The notes below the pieces were generated by a model, which was given only the letters and a program-made list of their open reading frames with translations, was not told where the DNA came from and ran no database searches. Shown piece by piece: positions 56,017 to 64,000 of a stretch of DNA of 64,000 nt. The position numbers and the translations under genes are program-made. The DNA comes from an uncultured delta proteobacterium. Its GTDB lineage: Bacteria > Myxococcota_A > Polyangia > Fen-1088. The DNA lies in assembly GCA_963767925.1 (NCBI GenBank), contig CAVYGB010000008.1:1248001-1312000 (forward strand), written 5' to 3'. Positions within the stretch are counted from its first letter, which is position 1, and the number at the start of each line of letters is the position of its first letter.

Positions 56017-57543
56017 TCAATGCTTGCTCAGTCGGGCTGGTTCGGCAAGCCCGCTCGCGGTCACTTCACCTGCCGGACCCTCGGTCGAAACCGGCAAGAA
56101 CACTCGGAATAACGCCCCCCCCTCGGGACGATCATCGACCTCGATCCACCCGTCGTGGTCCTTGACGATGCCCTTGGCCACCGCCAGGCCCAGCCCGGTT
56201 CCCTCGCCGGTGTCCTTGGTCGTGAAAAATGCCTCGAAGATCTTGTCGCGATCGGCGCTGGGGACCCCGATGCCGGAGTCCCCGACCTCCATCAGGAGGT
56301 AGGCCCCAGGGGCGCTCAGCGCCAGCCCTTCCTTGCGCCGCATGACGTGCTCCAGCTTGACGCTGAGCCTGCCGCCCGAAGGCATCGCATGGACGGCGTT
56401 CATGACCAGGTTCAGGCAGACCTGCTGGATCTCGCCGGGGTCCCCCGGGATGCTGGGGAGGTCCCGGGGCGCCTTGACCGTCGGATCGATCCGCTGCCTC
56501 TGCAGCAGCTCGGCCACGAACTCGAGCGACTCGGCCACCACCCGGTGCAGGTCGACGTGGGTGAGGGTGGGGCGGCTCTTGCGGGAAAAGTCGAGGACCT
56601 GGCGAATGATCCGGGTGATGCGATCCACCTGGGTGGTGATGATGTCGGCGTTCTTCTGGACGTCGGCGGCGTCCTGGCTGCGGCGGGCGAGCGAGCGGGC
56701 CCGCCCGCCGATCACGTTGAGGGGGGTGCCCAGCTCGTGGGCGATCTCGGCCGCCATCTGACCCATTGTCGCGAGCTTCTCCGAATGACGCAGGCGGGTC
56801 TCGAGCGACAGGCGGGCGGCGTTGGCCCGCCCCTCCTTGTCCCGGGCCTCGCGCAGGTAGTTGGTCATGGCGTTGAACCGTCCGGCCAGGCTGCCGATCT
56901 CGTCCTCCTTCTCGGGCAGGAGGGCGCGCGAGAGGTCGCCCTTGGAGACGGCGTCGATGGCATCGATGAGCCGCCGGAGGGGCGTCACAACCCCCGAGAT
57001 GAGCAGGAGGTACATCACCGCCCCGAACACCAGGACCCCGGTGAGCAGCAGGGGCAAGATCCGCCAGGCGGTGTGCACCACCTCGTCGCCGATGTAGCTC
57101 ATGTCGCGCTTGAGCCCCAGATAGGCCACCGCCTGCCGGGCCGGATCGGCCGGCAGGGCATTGTGGAGGGGGATCGCCATGGCGTAGACCGGGCGTTGCA
57201 CGAAGAACCGGGCCGCGGGGGCGTCGACCGCGCGGGCCTCCTCGATGAGGGCCGTCCAGGCAGGATCGTCGGTCCGCCGCAGGCCGGCCAGCAAGATCTC
57301 GAGCTTGAACGAGCCCCCTTGCTGCTCGGCCCAGACCACCCGGCGCTGCAGGACCTCCTGGGCCTCACCGGGATCGAGGGGCTCGATGCCGGCGGCGAGG
57401 GCCTCGGCCACCGCCAGGGCCTGCCGGTGCAGGTCGCGTTCGAGGTCGAGCCCGCGGATGTGCAGGACCGCCGTCGCCGTAACCCCGAAGACCCCCGCGG
57501 TCAGCAGGGTGGTCACGACGGCGATGCGGGGACCCAGCTTCAT
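56017..57543 (-). CDS. HAMP sensor histidine kinase
   Basis: Two TMs, HAMP DEIG.L...[26 protein letters not shown]. Confidence 0.93.
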   Translation of the reverse strand: MKLGPRIAVVTTLLTAGVFGVTATAVLHIRGLDLERDLHRQALAVAEALAAGIEPLDPGEAQEVLQRRVVWAEQQGGSFKLEILLAGLRRTDDPAWTALIEEARAVDAPAARFFVQRPVYAMAIPLHNALPADPARQAVAYLGLKRDMSYIGDEVVHTAWRILPLLLTGVLVFGAVMYLLLISGVVTPLRRLIDAIDAVSKGDLSRALLPEKEDEIGSLAGRFNAMTNYLREARDKEGRANAARLSLETRLRHSEKLATMGQMAAEIAHELGTPLNVIGGRARSLARRSQDAADVQKNADIITTQVDRITRIIRQVLDFSRKSRPTLTHVDLHRVVAESLEFVAELLQRQRIDPTVKAPRDLPSIPGDPGEIQQVCLNLVMNAVHAMPSGGRLSVKLEHVMRRKEGLALSAPGAYLLMEVGDSGIGVPSADRDKIFEAFFTTKDTGEGTGLGLAVAKGIVKDHDGWIEVDDRPEGGALFRVFLPVSTEGPAGEVTASGLAEPARLSKH

Positions 57544-57611
57544 CTTTCGGTCATTGTACCAACGGCCGCCGGCGTGCGTCCGGCGGCCGCGCGGGGTAAG
57601 AAGAGGAGCAT

Positions 57612-57878
57612 ATGCCGATCACACCCGAGACGATCCGCGCGCGCGTCGAGGAAGCCCTCCCCGACGCCTCGGTCACGGTGCGCGACACCACCGGCCAGGG
57701 TGACCACTACGCGGTGGCCGTGGTGAGCCCCAGCTTCGAGGGGCAGGGGCTCATCGATCGACACCGGCGGATCTACGCGGCGCTCGGCCAGGCCATGCAC
57801 CGTGAGATCCACGCGCTCGCGCTCGACACCCTGACGCCGGCCGAACATGCTGCCCGGGGCGCCGCCAAGAATCGCTGA
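57612..57878 (+). CDS. bolA: BolA family protein
   Basis: GAGGAG RBS; GDHY...VVS..F.G..LIDRHRRIY, IHALAL. Confidence 0.9.
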   Translation: MPITPETIRARVEEALPDASVTVRDTTGQGDHYAVAVVSPSFEGQGLIDRHRRIYAALGQAMHREIHALALDTLTPAEHAARGAAKNR

Positions 57879-57897
57879 CGACCAAGGAGACGACGAT

Positions 57898-58224
57898 ATG
57901 AACGAGGAGCTTCGCGCCCGCATCGAGCAGACCATCGCCCAGCAACGCATCATGCTGTTCATGAAGGGCAGCCCGTCGATGCCGCAATGCGGATTCTCGG
58001 CCACGGTGGTCCAGATCCTCAAGCAGCTCGCGGTCCCCTTCGGATCGCAGAACATCCTCGCAGATGCCGAGCTGCGCGAGGGCCTCAAGCAGTTCTCGAA
58101 CTGGCCCACCTTTCCCCAGCTCTACGTGGACGGAAAGCTGGTCGGCGGCTGCGATATCATTCGCGAGCTGCACGCGCGCGGCGAGCTCGCACCCCTCCTG
58201 GGGACCGCGAACGCCGCGTCGTGA
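57898..58224 (+). CDS. grxD: Monothiol glutaredoxin Grx4
   Basis: LFMKG...PQCGFS, WPTFPQLY..GKLVGGCDI. Confidence 0.95.
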   Translation: MNEELRARIEQTIAQQRIMLFMKGSPSMPQCGFSATVVQILKQLAVPFGSQNILADAELREGLKQFSNWPTFPQLYVDGKLVGGCDIIRELHARGELAPLLGTANAAS

Positions 58225-58285
58225 AGTTTGACACAGGGGGAGAAGCGGGGGTACGGTGCCTGCCTCCAAAGGAGGAGGTACACCG

Positions 58286-58789
58286 ATGCGACATTTCCGT
58301 GCTCTTTCCCTCGTCGCCGCGACGCTCGTTGCTCTGGGCCTGAGTGGCCATGCTCTCGCCCAGGACACCGCGGCGGCCGGATCGGGGCGGGGACCTCTCG
58401 GCCTGGGCTTCGCGCAGACCTTGCGCAACGTCAGCGGCGTCAACGTGGTCTACGACCCCGGGCCGTGGCATGCCGACGCGATCCTCGGACTGGCGGGGAA
58501 CGGCGCGACCGTCATCAACATCGCCGGGCGGGGCTGGTACCACCTCCACGCGACCGGGGCCTCGGACTTCTCGCTCGGCGGCGGCCTGGCGCTCCAGAAC
58601 ACCAATCCGGACGTGGGTGAGAGCGCGAACCTCCTGTTCGTCGAGCTGGGCGCCATGATCCGGCTGTTCGCCGCCTCCAACGTGTCGATCAGCCTGTTCG
58701 CCGGGCTGTCGGTCGGCGCCGCCGACGCCGACGGGTTCGTCATCAGCGCGCAAGAAGTCGGGGATCTGTCCCTGACCTACTTCTTCTAG
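58286..58789 (+). CDS. Small outer-membrane beta-barrel protein
   Basis: AGGAGG RBS, signal peptide ALA-Q, alternating strands, C-terminal TYFF. Confidence 0.7.
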   Translation: MRHFRALSLVAATLVALGLSGHALAQDTAAAGSGRGPLGLGFAQTLRNVSGVNVVYDPGPWHADAILGLAGNGATVINIAGRGWYHLHATGASDFSLGGGLALQNTNPDVGESANLLFVELGAMIRLFAASNVSISLFAGLSVGAADADGFVISAQEVGDLSLTYFF

Positions 58790-58842
58790 CAACCGCTTGT
58801 CCCCCGCCGCGGGGCGCGCCTGCTAGACTTGCGCGCCCCGCC

Positions 58843-61808
<2,966 letters not shown>

Positions 61809-61839
61809 GCGGCCGCCCTCCCGTCACCCCGAAAAAAAT

Positions 61840-62260
61840 GCGTCTCGCTGGAGCGCGGCTGTAAGCCGGGTTCTGTGCCTGTGCTCGTTGCCGCGCACAG
61901 GTGATGGTCATTCCTCTGGGCCGTCCGTTGCCGGACGGCTCCTGCGACCGACTCGGAGCCGGATCGGCGCGGGTCACGCCGGCGGGTTTCCCCGCGGCCC
62001 CTGCTTGGTCTTGCACCGGGTGGGGTTTGCCATGCCCCTCCCGTCACCGGGAGGGCGGTGCGCTTTTACCGCACCATTTCACCCTTACCAGCCGACCGCG
62101 CTCGCGCGCGGCCGTCCGGCGGTATTTTTTCTGTGGCACTTTCCTTCGAGTCACCCCGACTGGCCGTTAACCAGCACCTTGCCCTATGGAGCCCGGACTT
62201 TCCTCGACGGCGCGCCTTGCGGCGCTCCATCGCGACCACCCACCGTCTCCAGCGAGACGC
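61840..62260 (-). ncRNA. rnpB: RNase P RNA (type A)
   Basis: Minus strand GAGGAAAGTCCGGGCTCC, AAAGTGCCACAGAAA, GGTGAAATGGTGCGGTAAAAGCGCACC, GCAAACCCCACCCGGTGCAAG, ACAGAACCCGGCTTA. Confidence 0.96.
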
Positions 62261-62297
62261 GCGGGGAGTATAGCCGAGGCTCCGGGTACGTCGGGGC

Positions 62298-63065
62298 TCA
62301 GGCCTGAGCTTTTTTCGGCTCGGCGGGGGGCGGGGCGGGGGGCGCGGCCGGATCCTTCATGAGCTCTTCCCAGAAGATGATCCGGTGGCAGTAAGGGCAG
62401 GTCTCGATCGAGGTGCCGCGCTGAAGGACGTTGAAGAGCTGCGGGGGAATGTTCATGTTGCAGCCGCGACAGGTGCCGTTGGAGACCGGCGCCATCGCCA
62501 GGCCCTTGCCGGATGCGGATGGCCCCGTACCGCTTCAGCACGTCGGACCGCACGGTCGCCGCGATCTTGTCCCGATCGGTCCGCAGGGCGGCGATCTTGC
62601 CATTCTATCTCGGCCATCCGAGCCTTGGCCTGCTCGTCGTCCTTCTCTGCCGTTGAGCGCAGGGTACGGACGTCGCCGTCCCGCTCCGCGAGGAGCTTTT
62701 CCTTGGACTGGATCGCCTCGACCAGCTTGGTGATCTCGGTCTGCCGGACCGCCAGGCTCTCGCGGGTCATGTCCAGCTCGCGCTGGGCCGCCGCGTATTC
62801 CTTGGTGTTCTTGGCAGCGGACTGCTTGCTCTTGGCGTTGGCCAGGTGCTCCTCGTCGGCCTGAACGAGGGACTTCTGCTCGTTGTGGTAGCGCTGGGTC
62901 TCCGCGATCTGTGCCCGGTCGTTGGCGAGCAGGCCTTCTACGCGCGACGAGGTCGTTCCGAGTGGCCTCGAGCTTCGCGGGGATGGCCGCGAGGGCGTTG
63001 GTAAGCTCTTGAATCTGGGCATCGTACTTCTGAAGCTCTTCGAGCTTCTTAAGCTGATCGCGCAA
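62298..63065 (-). CDS. Coiled-coil + C4 zinc-ribbon protein (DUF164-like; frameshifts)
   Basis: GGAGG RBS + TTG; L..LQKYD.QI, KEY.A...E, CRGCNMNIPPQ...CPYCHRI. Confidence 0.88.
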
Positions 63066-63158
63066 ATGTACCTCCGATTATCAACATGAACTTCGATCGA
63101 CCGGCAAAAGCAAGCGCGCCCGGCAGGGAGCTCGGTTCGGCGGGGGGCTCTCCGGAAG

Positions 63159-63231
63159 TGGGCCCACCTGGATTCGAACCAGGGACCAGGCGGTTATGAG
63201 CCGCCAGCTCTGACCGCTGAGCTATGGGCCC
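63159..63231 (-). tRNA. tRNA-Ile2 (anticodon CAU); CCA not encoded
   Basis: GGGCCCATAGCTCAGCGGTCAGAGCTGGCGGCTCATAACCGCCTGGTCCCTGGTTCGAATCCAGGTGGGCCCA cloverleaf; acceptor stem is ileX-like rather than Met-like. Confidence 0.9.
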
Positions 63232-63365
63232 CCAGGCTTTCCTTTTACCCGTTGCAAACAAGGCCAAAAATCTTACCGAGGCGCACGTCGACTGTCCAGG
63301 TAGGGCATCACGAAATTCGCGGCCAACCCAGATATATTGTCGAGGCTGGGAGGCCGGCGCGACCA

Positions 63366-64000
63366 CTACCGCGTCAGCCATCCGGCCGCGACGCCGACGA
63401 GGAGCAGCAGGCCGAGCGCCACCCGGTAGACGACGAACGGGGTGGTGGCGTGCGTGCGCAGGAAGCGCAGCAGCCAGGCGATGCTGAAATAACCCGAGAC
63501 GGCCGCGGCGGTCAGGCCCAGCGCCAGCGGGCCCACGCCGATGCCCTGGGCGCCGATGACCTTGGGGAGCTCGAAGACGCCGGCCGCGCCGATGGCCGGC
63601 ACCGACAACAAGAAAGAGAAACGGGCGGCTGCGTCGCGACGGAGGCCCAGCGCCATGCCGGCCACCAGCGTGATCCCGGAACGTGACACGCCCGGCACCA
63701 GCGCCAGCGCCTGCGCCAGGCCGATGAGCAAGGCGTCGCGCAGGACCACCTGGTCCAGATCGCGCTGGCCGGAGGCGAGGCGGTCGGCGACCGCCATGAG
63801 GATCGCAACAACGATCAGGGCGACGGCGATGACCTGCAGCGACCGCAGCGGGCCCTCGACCGCGTGCCGGAAGCTGAGGCCGGCGATGCCGATGGGGATG
63901 GTCCCCACCAGGAGGTAGAGGAGCTGCCGGGCCTCGGGCCCTCGCCGGCGGGCCGGATCGAGCAGCGCCGAGAGCATGCCCGCGAGCTCGCGCAGAAAAA
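63366..64000 (-). CDS. uppP: Undecaprenyl-diphosphatase (5' truncated by window)
   Basis: IGLAQALALVPGVSRSGIT, AARFSFLLSVP, F..YR. Confidence 0.93.
   Translation of the reverse strand, partial: FLRELAGMLSALLDPARRRGPEARQLLYLLVGTIPIGIAGLSFRHAVEGPLRSLQVIAVALIVVAILMAVADRLASGQRDLDQVVLRDALLIGLAQALALVPGVSRSGITLVAGMALGLRRDAAARFSFLLSVPAIGAAGVFELPKVIGAQGIGVGPLALGLTAAAVSGYFSIAWLLRFLRTHATTPFVVYRVALGLLLLVGVAAGWLTR

Noticed and set aside
63159..63231. tRNA-Met call, or tRNA as an integration site
   Set aside because: Stems resemble Ile2; no integrase or duplicated 3' end seen

Overview
GC-rich chromosomal segment, most likely from a Myxococcota bacterium. Support for this: an OmpA/TSP3-repeat protein, a PEGA-domain Ser/Thr kinase, a Myxococcus-type LexA box, a MopE-like motif and many orphan lipoproteins. 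Bases 1-10.4 kb hold a nitrogen-scavenging locus: urtDE, allophanate hydrolase atzF, a BMP-type ABC transporter with biuret hydrolase, a cupin and a porin. Next come an OxyR-like regulator with its operator, two divergent atypical 'sulfatases', a secreted oxidoreductase, a LexA-boxed imuA-imuB pair lacking dnaE2, small lipoproteins and ino1. The core blocks rpsB-tsf-pyrH-frr and dnaG-rpoD follow, then an ECF sigma/anti-sigma pair, radC, a RecQ-like helicase, an amino-acid ABC transporter and a kinase. The rest holds a His-rich beta-propeller plus TsdA/SoxA-like di-haem cytochrome pair, miaE, acnA, a sigma54 two-component system, bolA-grxD, uvrA, RNase P RNA, a Zn-ribbon gene, tRNA-Ile2(CAU) and uppP. 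Many essential genes carry single-base frameshifts that look like long-read assembly errors, so those coordinates are approximate. No transposase, phage, CRISPR array or reverse transcriptase was seen. The best novelty candidates are two unexplained multi-hairpin intergenic RNA-like structures (23.55-23.79 kb and 40.69-40.90 kb), the propeller/cytochrome pair, a paralogous orphan lipoprotein family and a possible ~28 kb inversion.
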